A DNA stretch of 64,000 bases from Eremomyces bilateralis CBS 781.70. Lineage: Eukaryota. Shown in pieces: positions 45,134-56,505 of this stretch. The stretch is taken from assembly GCA_010015585.1 (NCBI GenBank), contig ML975153.1; one strand, written 5' to 3'. How positions within the stretch are numbered: position 1 is the first letter of the stretch; each line of letters opens with the position of its first letter. Below the pieces are notes generated by a model, which saw only the letters and a list, made by a program, of their open reading frames with translations, was not told where the DNA came from and made no database searches. A program made the translations under genes and the position numbers.

Positions 45134-48100
45134 TTAACCGACCTTGTCTCCGCCATGTTTGAACCGGTTCTTCGACTTCGCGAGCAAGCCCTTTGCTCCC
45201 GTGGTAGCCTTCCCGCCCAAAATTCCAGCCTTGCCACCCAAAATGCCAGCACTGTGCAACAGGTCTTTCCCAATCTGTTGCCCCTTGCCTTCCGATTGTC
45301 CAGCCCCATCCCCGCCCGTCGGGGACGAGGAGGCGAGATTGCTGGATACTCGGCGGCTGGCGGAAAAGCTAGGACCTGGCGTCTGACCGCTTGTACTACC
45401 CCCGCCTGTCAGGGCGCCGAGACCGAATCTTGACAATGAAGGACTGCTCTTATGACCTCGTTCTACGCCAGGCGGGGTAGGGAGTGTATGCCCGGCCATC
45501 GGCCCTGACTGATTAGCCTGGGATTGCCAGACTGAGCTGGCCAAACTTTGATGCTCCGGATAAGTTGCGACGGTCTCGTCAAGCCAGGACCCGATTCCCG
45601 TGTCGGTAGACGCGAATTGCTCGCGAGTATTGCTGTACGCCTGGATTCGGTCTGGCGTGGACTTGATTGCCAAGATTTCACGGAACGTTGGGGGCGCCTT
45701 CGCAGGTGCACTGTCGCGGTTCGCGGATGGTTGAGGTAGCGCACCTCCCACGGAGGTTGGCGTTGGGATATCATCCGCGTTCTTCTCAGAGGGATGCGGG
45801 GTAGAACCATGAGGCGCAGGCAAGATTTCTTTGTCGTTGTCGCTGTCCTTTTCGATGTTTGACTGGACACTAACGAGATGTAGGCCATCATCGCTCTTCA
45901 TCGGAGAGACAGTGCGACTTGGATCGCCAGCTTCCTTGCCCAGGCTGGTGTCGCTTGCCGACAAGTTGCTGGGGTGAGATCCACTCATAGCGCTCAAGGG
46001 GCTTAGGGGCTCGCGTTCGTGTACGGGAGTCTGTGAAGCTCCTGGCGGAAGGCTGACTTCCACGGATGGGGGCTCGCGGTCAGACGGTGCAATGAATGCG
46101 CTCTTCGGCGTAGGTTGAATCGAGTCTAGGCTATCAAATGGAGTGGAAGCGCCTATTTGAACAGGCGTCTCTCCAGTCCGTTCTTGGAGTATACCCGATG
46201 CTTGAGCTTGTGGCATGGTAGGTTGGCTGGGCGCTGACGATACCGTTTGCGTAGGTTTCGAATCCGTATCAGGCGAGAAAGGTGGTGGGGTGAGCCCAAG
46301 GTCAGCAACGTTATCAAATGACTGCTCCCAGCTAAATCGTTTTTTCAGAAGCGGGGGGTTGGACACTGCAGGCTCGTCCTTCACAGGAACTGCTGGAGGC
46401 AGTGCCTCCTGACTTGGAACATTGACACCAAGGCCATGAGGCTCAGGCGGCTTTGACTCAATGCTCGGACCAGTTGCCCAGTAGCTGTCATACTCGCTAG
46501 GAAGCACGGAACTGTCCCTGTTGGTGTCATGAGCTGGACCTGCTGCAGAAGGATCGAGATGCGTCGGAACGGCAGCAGGCTGGCCAGGAGAATAGTGAGA
46601 CTCTGCATGGGAATCAAAAGAACTGAGCCGCCGCTCAATCTCATCGGTCAACTGGTCACTCATGTTTCGGACATCCTTCGGTGAGCCTGTATCTTTCTCC
46701 GGAACAGATGGCGGCTTCTCATCGTCGCCATTGTTCGAATGTTTGCTGAGACCAAGTGCGCCTACGACGCCAGCCCCAAGGGCAGATCCGGCCGTGGCAA
46801 GAGTTGAAACCGGATCTTCAGTGAGCTTGATCTTTTTCCGCTCTTTCTCTTCCTCCTGAATGAATTTGTAGGCATCATCCGAGAGACTTAAACCGCCGGT
46901 TGATGTAGTATGCTCTTCCACTGGACCCTCCCTGACAACTGCGTCAATGGCCGAAGGGTCTGAGCTTAGGTTATCCCGACTTCCAGTCCTGCTGCTGGAC
47001 TGGTTCGTTGTATAGCTCATCCAGGCCCCTGGAACGCGTGGACGTGCAGTTTCTTCGGATGCTTGTTGCACTTCCGGTTGAGTTTGAGTAGGCTCAGGTC
47101 TGCTTGGTGGTCGACTCGGTGGCCTACTGTCTGGCCGCTCCCATGAATCGATGCTGCTGACTGATCCCCGTTTCTCGTACTGCACGGCAAGATCTCTCAC
47201 GCGACTCTTCGTTGGACTTCCAGCTCGACTGCTCGACTGGGAGTCCTTGACCGGACTGACCGATCTGCTACGAGGACCTGAACCGAGAGGTAGGATAGAT
47301 GGAACTGGTGCAGGAAGTGGTTTGTCGAGATCAGTTGCGCGGTGTGGTTGTTTGGAAACATCTTGGGGTTCCACGGGCGACGTGGTATCCAATTCAGCCT
47401 CACTTGGCTTAAAAAGCTCTTTCTGTGGTGCTAACGCGGGAGAACGGGCAGGTGAATTGTTTGGACTTGGGGTATTCAAATCTCTTCTATAGCCCGGAAC
47501 AAATTCAGCACTGGCGTGCCTTGAGTGACTCGGGGTATTGACCGGACTCGGTTTTCTGGGTAGAGTGAATTGGGCAGCTTTGGGAGTCTCTAGGCTTTCA
47601 TGGCGTTGATGTAGAGGCAACACTTGTGGCTCTTCCCGTCCGTCCTCTGGAATTGTCGGGTGCTTGGAAGTAGGATGGTAAGTATCCAGGGATGCAGGGA
47701 GCTTGCTAGTGATCGGAGAAATCTCAGACGTGCTGACAGTATTGCTTCGAGACACGTCGGTATCAGTATCAACGGCGGATTGAGGTTCTGCGGCAGTGAA
47801 CGCAGTGTCAACTGCTGATCGGAACCCTAGGGAAGGCGTGTGCTCGAGCGGCTTCGCTGCCTGATTAGAGATAGGCTGGTCAGATTGTGGGTTTGGAGGC
47901 AAGGCAGACTGCGCTGATCGAGAATCAACTGGTGACCCTTCTTTCCATCCACTGTTGGACCAAAATTCATCACTGAAATTCGACTGCGGTTGCTCCCATT
48001 GAGGGAGTGCATATGGGTCCGGATTTGATGAGGTAGTCCCGGATGTAGGGGGAATAGTGGCCGAGATCTGGATTCCGGTAGGCTGTTCACGTAGGGTATT

Positions 48101-49300
48101 GGCGTCATACTCTGGGAGATATTCGCTCTTACGCTCCTCGACCCTTTCCAACGCTGGAGTTCCACGGCGGTTCTGGCTTTCGCTTCTGTCCCTTGGCCTT
48201 GGCTCCACTTTCATAGTTTCGCTGACCGTTCCTAGACTGGGTCGCCTTCCGGGACTTCGACCAAGGCTCTCGAAACTCGTCCGTTCCTTTGGACCCTTTC
48301 CGCTGGGTGCAGGTGACGCAGCGTCTTCGCCAGATCTACCACCAACGGAATCAATACTTGGACGCTCTGAATCCATACTGGCCCGCTCCTTTGCTCGTTC
48401 TTCTTCCATCCGCTTGTAGATGTCGGATGGACGGATAAATGGAAGAGGTTTTGCAGGATTACTCGGCGATGTAGCCTGTTGACTTGAATGAGTAGGTGGC
48501 GCCTGTGACGAGCCTTGCTCGCTCTGTGGTGCAGGAAACGGCCCAGGAGCTTGTGGTGCCGGGGAGTCCTGTTGGCTTTTGCTCACGCTACTCCTCCTTG
48601 GAGGGAAACGCGCCTGACCAGGCGAGTCGACTGCGCTCGGGGGCATTGATGGTGATGGAGAGGGGCGTAGAGGTTGAACCATAGCTGAGGGAGAGAAGTC
48701 TCTTCGATGTTCAGGGTTCACCGATGAAGGTGCATCACTGACAACTGAATGAGCAAGCGACGCTGATCGAGACTCAGCTTTAGCGCTGTTCCGCGAATCC
48801 GCAGGCCCGTATGCGGCCGGACTAGAAGTTATCGTGTCCAGTTGTAGAGGTGGTTGACCAGGTCCTAGGTGTCGCGGAGGATTCGCACCCTGGGGAAGCT
48901 GTGGAAAGCCCTGTTGATTTGGAACTGGCGCGGGATAACTACCCGTGGAGAACTTCCGCTGTTCCTCACCGGCATCAAATGAACGCTTCCGGGCAGGTCC
49001 AGGAGGCCCTTGATGACCCTCGTAAGGACCCTCTGGGTTTGTGAAACTGCGCGTTTGGCCCTGGCCTGGATTGAGACCTTGGCCTTGCTGTCTCAAACCT
49101 GTTGGAACGGCTGGTATTGCATTTTGTGCAGCCTGACTTGCGCCATATTCATCGACCTCATCATAATCACCCCAGTCATCCCCATCATATGAGTATGACT
49201 TTGCTTCCACCCATCGTTTCGTCTTCGCACGATTAACGTTGGTTTTGAATGACGGAGGTTGCCCGGAAGGGAATGGATTTGGCCGCCGTTGATCACTTTC
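45134..49300 (-). CDS. Large Pro/Ser-rich fungal protein of unknown function; start codon uncertain
   Basis: Open from the acceptor GCTAACTTTAG|GAA. Ordered blocks FKTNVNRAKTKRWVEAKSYSYDGDDW, KPLPFIRPSDIYKRMEEER, LPSEYDSYW, FREILAIKS..DRIQAY..TR.QFA..DTG...W sit among low-complexity sequence. Confidence 0.8.
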   Translation of the reverse strand, partial: ESDQRRPNPFPSGQPPSFKTNVNRAKTKRWVEAKSYSYDGDDWGDYDEVDEYGASQAAQNAIPAVPTGLRQQGQGLNPGQGQTRSFTNPEGPYEGHQGPPGPARKRSFDAGEEQRKFSTGSYPAPVPNQQGFPQLPQGANPPRHLGPGQPPLQLDTITSSPAAYGPADSRNSAKAESRSASLAHSVVSDAPSSVNPEHRRDFSPSAMVQPLRPSPSPSMPPSAVDSPGQARFPPRRSSVSKSQQDSPAPQAPGPFPAPQSEQGSSQAPPTHSSQQATSPSNPAKPLPFIRPSDIYKRMEEERAKERASMDSERPSIDSVGGRSGEDAASPAPSGKGPKERTSFESLGRSPGRRPSLGTVSETMKVEPRPRDRSESQNRRGTPALERVEERKSEYLPEYDANTLREQPTGIQISATIPPTSGTTSSNPDPYALPQWEQPQSNFSDEFWSNSGWKEGSPVDSRSAQSALPPNPQSDQPISNQAAKPLEHTPSLGFRSAVDTAFTAAEPQSAVDTDTDVSRSNTVSTSEISPITSKLPASLDTYHPTSKHPTIPEDGREEPQVLPLHQRHESLETPKAAQFTLPRKPSPVNTPSHSRHASAEFVPGYRRDLNTPSPNNSPARSPALAPQKELFKPSEAELDTTSPVEPQDVSKQPHRATDLDKPLPAPVPSILPLGSGPRSRSVSPVKDSQSSSRAGSPTKSRVRDLAVQYEKRGSVSSIDSWERPDSRPPSRPPSRPEPTQTQPEVQQASEETARPRVPGAWMSYTTNQSSSRTGSRDNLSSDPSAIDAVVREGPVEEHTTSTGGLSLSDDAYKFIQEEEKERKKIKLTEDPVSTLATAGSALGAGVVGALGLSKHSNNGDDEKPPSVPEKDTGSPKDVRNMSDQLTDEIERRLSSFDSHAESHYSPGQPAAVPTHLDPSAAGPAHDTNRDSSVLPSEYDSYWATGPSIESKPPEPHGLGVNVPSQEALPPAVPVKDEPAVSNPPLLKKRFSWEQSFDNVADLGLTPPPFSPDTDSKPTQTVSSAPSQPTMPQAQASGILQERTGETPVQIGASTPFDSLDSIQPTPKSAFIAPSDREPPSVEVSLPPGASQTPVHEREPLSPLSAMSGSHPSNLSASDTSLGKEAGDPSRTVSPMKSDDGLHLVSVQSNIEKDSDNDKEILPAPHGSTPHPSEKNADDIPTPTSVGGALPQPSANRDSAPAKAPPTFREILAIKSTPDRIQAYSNTREQFASTDTGIGSWLDETVATYPEHQSLASSVWQSQANQSGPMAGHTLPTPPGVERGHKSSPSLSRFGLGALTGGGSTSGQTPGPSFSASRRVSSNLASSSPTGGDGAGQSEGKGQQIGKDLLHSAGILGGKAGILGGKATTGAKGLLAKSKNRFKHGGDKVG

Positions 49301-49822
49301 CTAAAGTTAGCAATTCAATTCATCAGAATATCTCACAGCAGGATGCAACTCACAGTGGGGACTTGGTGGTAGATTCCTCGGCGAACTCGTATGGACGTGA
49401 CATTGTCAACTAAAGAGACGCGGAGGAGGATTCTGCACCACCTCTTCGCGAAGTGAAACGCTCCACTCGCGATGCTATAAAAGTCCGCTCGACAAATGTA
49501 ACTAAACTTGTCAAAAGTGACCTCCAAGCATTTCAGTGTACGGAAGAGCGTAGAGAGCCCGCGTCGATCAAGGAGACACTGGCTTCTGCACGACAACCCA
49601 CAAAACTCCACTGAACCCTGAACCCGATACGATGAGAAAAGGACGCAGGACAGCGCTAAGAAGGGACAGGTACAAAAAGAAGGGGATTCGGGTAATGAAC
49701 GGAGGAGCGGTTGATACGGGAAGAGATCATGTAATGTGACTTGACACGACTTGGTGTCTTGGTCCTTGGGCATTGCGAATGCCGAATCCGTGCAGTTGGT
49801 TTCTTCGACGTGGAACTGGACC

Positions 49823-49929
49823 CACGTGACGGGACCCACGTGACCCAATGAAAGGGACACGCGTTCGCCACACACATGCAAGGATGATCCCAGCAGTACA
49901 GTTGTGGCTGTGTACACTTTTCACGTGAC
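49823..49929. promoter_or_regulatory. CACGTG cluster in the divergent promoter of SED5 and the large gene
   Basis: GGACCCACGTGAC twice in tandem, plus TCACGTGAC at 49921. Confidence 0.4.
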
Positions 49930-50210
49930 ACCAGTTTGCGATCTTGAAACATCACAGGTGTCCCGGTTCATCGACAGTTCATTTCCAGTCCAACTTCACG
50001 AGCAGACAACCTTAATACCACGATTTAAATCCCAGAATCCTTCATCAGACATTACAGAGTAAAAAAATCTGTGAACCGGTTTATCCCACATCTTTCTATA
50101 TCGAACGACAGCCACTCGCCATATCCTGCGCTATCCGCGCATACACTCTCCTGATATCCCTTTCTCCTCCCTACCTATCTACCATCTAAAGCCCCCCAAA
50201 CACACCGATC

Positions 50211-51286
50211 ATGGCCGTCTCAATACAAGATCGCACCACTGAATTCCAGTCGATCGTCCAGCAAGCCCAACGACGAACCGCATCTTCCAAAGTCTCCGCG
50301 CAACGCCAAAATCTCCTGTCCTCAACATCACCAAATGGCACCGCCCCATCTCCCCAGAAACAACGTTCCGAGTTCGCGAGACGAGCCGCGGAGATCGGTC
50401 GTGGTATCTCAGGTACTATGGCGAAACTTGAACGATTGGCGCAATTAGCCAAACGAAAGACCCTATTCGACGACCGACCCTTGGAGATCAACGAACTCAC
50501 GTTTATAATCAAACAAGATCTCGCCGGCTTAACACAACGGATAGGCGAATTACAGGCCTTATCCGTGCAACAACATCCACGCGCTAGAAACGCGCGAGAC
50601 CAGGAAGGCGAACATAACGACGCGGTAGTCCAGCTCCTGAAAGGGCGGGTGCAAGATGTCGGAAGCAATTTCAAGGAAGTCCTAGAACTGCGGACGAAGA
50701 ACATCCAAGCGTCGCGATCACGGACCGAAAACTTCATTTCGTCCGTCGGCACCCACTCGAACCCTTCAAATCTCGACCCCAGCCGAACAGACTCCCCGCT
50801 ATACCAGACCCCTGCACGGGGCCGCTCACCAGCCAAAACAGGTCGACTGGGCGGCGCGGACGTGCTTAGCATCGACCCGGACGACTCTCACAGCGCGTTG
50901 GCGAGAGGACACTCGGAGACGCAGTTGATGCTGATGGAGGAAGCGGCACCACAGAACGAATATATCCAGCAACGAGGGCAGGCCATCGACATGATTGAGC
51001 GGACGATTCAGGAGCTGGGCAGTGTGTTTGCGCAGCTCAGCCAGCTCGTATCCGAGCAAGGCGAGCAGATTGAGAGAATCGATGCCAACACAGAAGATGT
51101 TGTGGATAATGTTCAGGGCGCGCAACGAGAGCTGCTGAAGTACTGGAACCGTGTGAGCGGTAATCGGTGGTTAGTGGCGAAGATGTTTGGTATTCTGATG
51201 ATCTGTAAGTTCCTCGGATCCGTTTCGATATTAACTTCCGCTGATCATCTCTAGTTTTCCTGCTATGGGTACTGGTATCCGGCTAG
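50211..51286 (+). CDS. SED5: cis-Golgi syntaxin Sed5 (Qa-SNARE), intron 51206-51254
   Basis: MAVSIQDRTTEF, SEFARRAAEIGRGI..TMAKLERLAQLAKRKTLFDDRP.EI.ELT, SNARE motif IE.TIQELG.VF.QL...V.EQGE.I.RID.N, TM NRWLVAKMFGILMIFFLLWVLVSG. Confidence 0.96.
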
Positions 51287-53208
51287 GGTTCCCCTCAAGG
51301 GGTCTGTTATTCTTAAGTCTTTCGTCGGCCCGCCATCTGGGCCACTTGACAGCATATTGCACCGGCGTTGGATTCTTTTTCGGGTGTTCTGTCCGGTCGG
51401 ATCTGGGATCCAGCGTTTAAAGCCCAAATGGCTGGTATAGAGCGCGTTATCCGGATCTTTTTCGGAACCTAGCGTGCGTGTTTGAGTACAGTGTGAAGGG
51501 TTCTATGTCCTTTTAGATTTCCAATCTGAGCATGGCTTGTAGCCGATCCTATGTCGTTGAACGTTTTGCCCGACCTTCGTGTACAGAGTCGTCGGATCGA
51601 AACGGAGTTCCATCTATCAGGCATAAGGACTGTGGACACGAAGAGAAGTTTATGAACCATATTCGCTGGCTGACGGTGGATTCAGTGGGCTACAGTTGCA
51701 ACGACGTATTGCCTATTATTAATGCAACCCTTGCTCGAGGTTTGATATTACGAAGTATCGTATTTTGCTTAGCGTTTACCCGCGAGTCCATATGTCAATC
51801 AACTGCCTCGATCATTTTCCTTTCCCGACAAGGGAATCGCGGGTCCGCCCAAAGGACAGAAACGGGTGCAAATGACCGCTCGAAACGGACCAACGAAGGT
51901 ATACGGTATACAACCCGAGCGACGCACAGGCAAATCAAAAAAGGTCGAACGGTCTTTTGGCCCACGGACCTTCTCCCTCAAACGATACCCACTGCAGAAA
52001 TCTACACGGGGGCTACGATGCCGATATCGACAGCTTCTTCTCCGCAAGCTAGAACACTATCCATACCCACCCCAAGTACCAATTCCCCGAGTATACACTC
52101 CAGACTGCTCGACAATATCTGAGACTTAGAAAGCCCTAGATTTGCCGTTCAGGGAACAGAGCCCCAATATCGAGCCATGAAGATGCTGTTTGACAGAAAT
52201 TTCGGAGATGGACGCAGTTGGCAAATATGGATATAGACAGCTAGCGATGTTTTCGGCTGGCAGCAAATTCTCATATTTCTATTATCTCGCAGTTGGATAC
52301 TCCTTTAACTACCAAATTTGTTTATCGGCCTGTATTTAGTCGGCCACGGTCTTCTCTTTTTTTCAACTATTAAAAGTGCACATCCCCATCAGTGGCGCAG
52401 TGGTGCATGTTCTTGAATGCGTGGATGCTGCAGTGTTAATCATAACATTGAAAAATCAATGTATCGAGCTCTTAGGTACCTTTCCAAATCTTCCTGGAAT
52501 ATCCGCACTTCCACCCTTTCATCCAGTGCTATGAACAACCATTGCCATAAGTCGGTCTACAGTTCGCATCGTAGTACCTGCCTCCTTAAAACCAGCGCTT
52601 ATGACGACGTTGCTACGCACTCAGACGCGTGCTTGGAACTAATTGTATACTTAATGATGTATAACCTAATGATGGATGACTTCATAATATATGGTCTAAA
52701 GCAGAAGTGCCGGGTAGTCCCAGGTCGTAAGGTAGATTCCTTCCGGGGCAGGAGTTTGAACGATCGCAACCAAACAGTAAGACGAGGAATCATTGAACAA
52801 TTCCCATCTATACAATGGTATAGCACCAAAGCGGCTGGTATAAAAACTGCCTACTGGCGTTGGAGGTTCGACTACTTGCACCGGCTGGTTGTCCGGAATC
52901 CTCCAGCTCCGCCAGGGTCGAGATAATCAATTTCTATTTTCAAAGGAACGTTAGACTTACCTGTGTATCTGAGACAGATCAGCAAATAGATAAACTGTAT
53001 GGGATGACTGCTCAAGGAGGGGAGGTGAGAATGTTATTTCATGATTAGTCGTGCGGCCTGATTAGTGAACACTCCAACCTGCCAAATGGGACATATATGT
53101 ATCAACTCCGGCGCATCCCCATCGACCATTCGCGCCCCAAAGACCAAGAATAGCAAAAACCAAGCAATAGCTATCAACCACTACGCTCTTGCACCCCCCA
53201 ATTCAGAT

Positions 53209-53736
53209 ATGCCGTTCTGGAGAATCTACCATCCCGAAGGCACTTTCGCCACAGAGGATCACAAACGTGGCCTCTCTCAAGATATCACCAGCATCTACAG
53301 CAGCCGCGGCCTCCCTGCCTTCTATGTTGTCATCGTTTTCATCCCCATCCATGCGGGTAACTTCTGGGTTGGCGGACAGCTGCGCGACACTCCTCCAAAG
53401 TCCGACTCTTCATCAATTGCCGATGGATCCCCGACAAGCTCGAACAAGCCTTTCATCCGGATCTTCGCTAGCAACATTGCAAGACGGTTGCCGAACCCGG
53501 TGTACAGAGACAGATTCTTGAAAGCGGTGGATGAGAAACTGAAACCACACATTGCAGACTGGGGATATGACTGGGAATACCATTTGGACGAAACGGAGCG
53601 CGAGTTGTGGAAGATCAACGGAATGGTACCACCACCGACTGGGAGTGAAGATGAAAAACGCTGGTTTAGCGAGAATAAACCTCTGGAATTGGAAAGTGCA
53701 TTCAATGACGAACCAGCGCATCTGGGCAAGTTGTAA
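53209..53736 (+). CDS. Putative oxalocrotonate tautomerase / cis-CaaD-like tautomerase superfamily protein
   Basis: MPFWRIYHP.GTF (Pro-1 after Met removal), GLPAFYVVIVF, PHIADWGYDWEYHLDETERELWKINGMVPPP.GS..EKRW. Confidence 0.85.
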   Translation: MPFWRIYHPEGTFATEDHKRGLSQDITSIYSSRGLPAFYVVIVFIPIHAGNFWVGGQLRDTPPKSDSSSIADGSPTSSNKPFIRIFASNIARRLPNPVYRDRFLKAVDEKLKPHIADWGYDWEYHLDETERELWKINGMVPPPTGSEDEKRWFSENKPLELESAFNDEPAHLGKL

Positions 53737-53942
53737 ATAGGACTTGGTATCGACTGGGACAACTCAGCTCCAGAATAGTTGAGAATATTACCCTATCATG
53801 ACTCGCTTCAACTGGATAAAAGAGGCGCGCATCTTCGCAATACCTTTGCTAGCACCATCAACGATAACACGGTATACTTGAACTAGAGAGCGGAAAATGG
53901 ATAGTTTTGTTATCGGCAGCTAGAGTTGTGCAACTGATATCT

Positions 53943-54023
53943 GATGAGGTCTCCCTGGGTTGGTGGGGCGGCACACCTCGAAGTGGGATGCTCCGTATCA
54001 AAAATTTCGATCTCAAAATTTCA
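53943..54023 (+). promoter_or_regulatory. PAC- and RRPE-like motifs upstream of MPP10
   Basis: GATGAG at 53943, and AAAATTT at 54001 and 54015. These are ribosome-biogenesis regulon motifs ahead of a U3 snoRNP gene. Confidence 0.45.
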
Positions 54024-54082
54024 TCCAACCCTGAGATTTCAACATTTGATTTACATCCAATATCTGCCGCCCGAAACTCAAA

Positions 54083-56311
54083 ATGGTTGCCAATGGACTG
54101 GCTCGGCCGGATGCGCTCGGGTTAAATGAAGTTCTATCCACGTCACACCACGCCTTCCTCCAACCATCCCGAGACATATACGACACCGCACTCAACGAGG
54201 CACGAGCGTACATCGACCCACTAGCATCGGCAATAAGCGCTGCTCAGCAGGAACGAGAGAAGCAATATTACGCCGAGAAGAAGAAGAGGAAACGAGGGGA
54301 ATATGAGGATGCGGAAGCACCCCATGATGTGCTGCGTATGAAGCGCATCCATGTCGACGGCTTCGATGTCGAGCAGATATGGGGTCAAGCTCAACGAGTT
54401 TTGAAGGCTGCGGCGGATGAATGCGAAAAGGACATTGAAAAATTGGAGCAAGATGCTGAGCTGCATGGTGATATGGACGCAACTCTCGATGGCATGGGAA
54501 GCAGTGGCGAAGACGAGGAGATGTTCAGCGACAATGTTCTTGAGGATGGCGTTGAGAGCGGTTCGGATGAATTGTCCGATGACCTGCTCGAGGACGTCGA
54601 AGAAGAAGACGAGGCCGAAGAGGTGGACGATCTAGAGGACGAGGATGTCTCTGAAGATGATGAAGAGGACCGGGCAATGTATGGTATTGACGAAGACGAG
54701 GACGGTGAAGCTGGGGAGGCTGACGGTGCCGGTGGCAATGCCTACGAAGAAGACCCCAATGGATTGAATGATGGTTTCTTCTCCATCGAAGACTTTAACA
54801 GGAACTCGGCATTCCTTGAACGACAAGATGCTCGCGCAGACCCAGATGATGGTGCCGCTAGCGACGAAGAAGAGGTTGACTGGGCGGCCGACCCTCTCTC
54901 TCAGCCTCTTCCAAAGCAAATCAAAGGAGACGGGTCCGACGCAGAGGATGACGAGGATGCAGAGGGGGATGAGGGCTCCGAGGAAGGAGAAGATGATGAT
55001 TCCGAAACTGGCCCTACTTTTGGCAACGTCGACCTCTACGCACCCGAGGGCGCGAGCGAGGATGAAGATGAAGTGGAGCAAGATGAAATGGAGGGTATGG
55101 ATGATCTATCGAATACGAACAACATCATGTACAGCGACTTCTTCGCACCACCTCCGAAGAAGTCCAAGAACAAGCGTGGCCGACCGCACCCACACAACTT
55201 CCCGGCGAAAGATCCAAAGAATCAGGGTACTGCAAAAGCTAGCCTACAAGGCGAGGAGGACGATGTGAAACGCGCCATGTCTGCGGTGCATCGAGATCTC
55301 TTCTCCGATTCGGACGAAGCGTCCGATGCCTCTGATGCGGAAGCACTCGACCCTGCCGATCCGGTGTCAAGACGTAGCGTGCACGAGCGTCGCCAAGCTC
55401 AAATCCTTACAGAAATTCGCAAGCTTGAGGCTGAGAACGTGACAAAGCGGTCATGGCAGCTTTCCGGTGAGGCCAAGGCAGCTGCCCGACCCATGAACAG
55501 CTTGCTCGAGGAAGATCTGGACTTTGAGCGGGCGGGAAAACCAGTTCCTGTGATCACTGCTGAAACTACCGAGGAAATCGAGGCGCTAATCAAACGGCGT
55601 ATCCTTGCTGCAGAGTTTGACGAAGTCATTCGCCGAAGGCCCGAGGACATGATGGGTCCATCGGTGCGAAGAGGGCGGTTGGAGAACGTCGACCAAACAA
55701 AGGATAAGAAGGGTCTTGGAGAGTTGTACGAAGAGGAACACTTACGCAACACGGACCCCAACTTCGTCGACGCCAAGGATGAATCCCTCAAGAAGCAGCA
55801 TACGGAGATCCAGACCCTATGGAAAGATGTCAGCTCCAAACTTGACTCGCTCTCAAGTTGGCACTACCGCCCCAAGGCACCCGAACCCCAAATCGAAGTG
55901 CGTGTCGACGCGCCCACCATTTCCATGGAAGACGCCCGACCTTCCGGAGAAGTTGGAGCGAGTATGCTGGCACCGCAGGAGGTCTACAAGGCTGGCGAGG
56001 CGGCGAATAACGCCAAGGATTTCGAGGAGGTGGCGACACGCGGTGGTATGCCGATCGTGAAGAGTGAGATGAGCCGCGAGGAGAAGAAGCGGCGACGGAT
56101 GCGGGAGAAGGAGCGGGCGAAGAAAGCGGGCGCAAATCCTGTCGTCAACGGCAAGGTGAAGGCGCGGAAGGAAAAGGAAGGGCAGATGTTGGGGTCGTTG
56201 AAGCAGGCGGGTGTCAAGGTCATTGGCAAGAAGGGCGAGTTGAGAGATGTCTCGGGGAAAGCGGTTGCGGAAGATGCGCCGAGGCCGAATCCATCGGGGT
56301 GGAAGCTTTGA
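54083..56311 (+). CDS. MPP10: U3 snoRNP protein Mpp10
   Basis: DGFDVEQIWGQ, long acidic tract, GLNDGFFSIEDFN, YSDFFAPP, WQLSGEA.AAARP.NSLLEEDLDFE, KLDSLSSWHYRPK, LAPQEVY. Confidence 0.95.
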   Translation: MVANGLARPDALGLNEVLSTSHHAFLQPSRDIYDTALNEARAYIDPLASAISAAQQEREKQYYAEKKKRKRGEYEDAEAPHDVLRMKRIHVDGFDVEQIWGQAQRVLKAAADECEKDIEKLEQDAELHGDMDATLDGMGSSGEDEEMFSDNVLEDGVESGSDELSDDLLEDVEEEDEAEEVDDLEDEDVSEDDEEDRAMYGIDEDEDGEAGEADGAGGNAYEEDPNGLNDGFFSIEDFNRNSAFLERQDARADPDDGAASDEEEVDWAADPLSQPLPKQIKGDGSDAEDDEDAEGDEGSEEGEDDDSETGPTFGNVDLYAPEGASEDEDEVEQDEMEGMDDLSNTNNIMYSDFFAPPPKKSKNKRGRPHPHNFPAKDPKNQGTAKASLQGEEDDVKRAMSAVHRDLFSDSDEASDASDAEALDPADPVSRRSVHERRQAQILTEIRKLEAENVTKRSWQLSGEAKAAARPMNSLLEEDLDFERAGKPVPVITAETTEEIEALIKRRILAAEFDEVIRRRPEDMMGPSVRRGRLENVDQTKDKKGLGELYEEEHLRNTDPNFVDAKDESLKKQHTEIQTLWKDVSSKLDSLSSWHYRPKAPEPQIEVRVDAPTISMEDARPSGEVGASMLAPQEVYKAGEAANNAKDFEEVATRGGMPIVKSEMSREEKKRRRMREKERAKKAGANPVVNGKVKARKEKEGQMLGSLKQAGVKVIGKKGELRDVSGKAVAEDAPRPNPSGWKL

Positions 56312-56505
56312 AAATCGGCGCGTATACCCACACAGCTCTTTGTATATTCACTTGGTTGTTACCGTGCATATGGATTTTTCTTTCGGTCTCGTCCTCATTC
56401 GTGACTTCGTGTTCATACAAACAACCACGATCCATACAACGTGGGTAATTCTTTGGCTAGAATTTGGATCGCGATACGATACAGCAGACCCCAATCACCA
56501 TCTTG

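Noticed and set aside
49333..49917. 194-aa minus ORF
   Set aside because: Spans the divergent promoter, starts at GTG and has no protein-like motif. At most its 3' end could be a small exon.
52385..52460. tRNA A-box-like AGTGGCGCAGTGGT
   Set aside because: No GTTCRA T-loop/B-box or cloverleaf follows.
51532..52926. ORFs of 196 and 169 aa between SED5 and the tautomerase
   Set aside because: No recognisable domain or coherent splice model.
53065..53208. N-terminal extension of the tautomerase ORF
   Set aside because: The family requires Pro-1, so the start is ATG-CCG at 53209.
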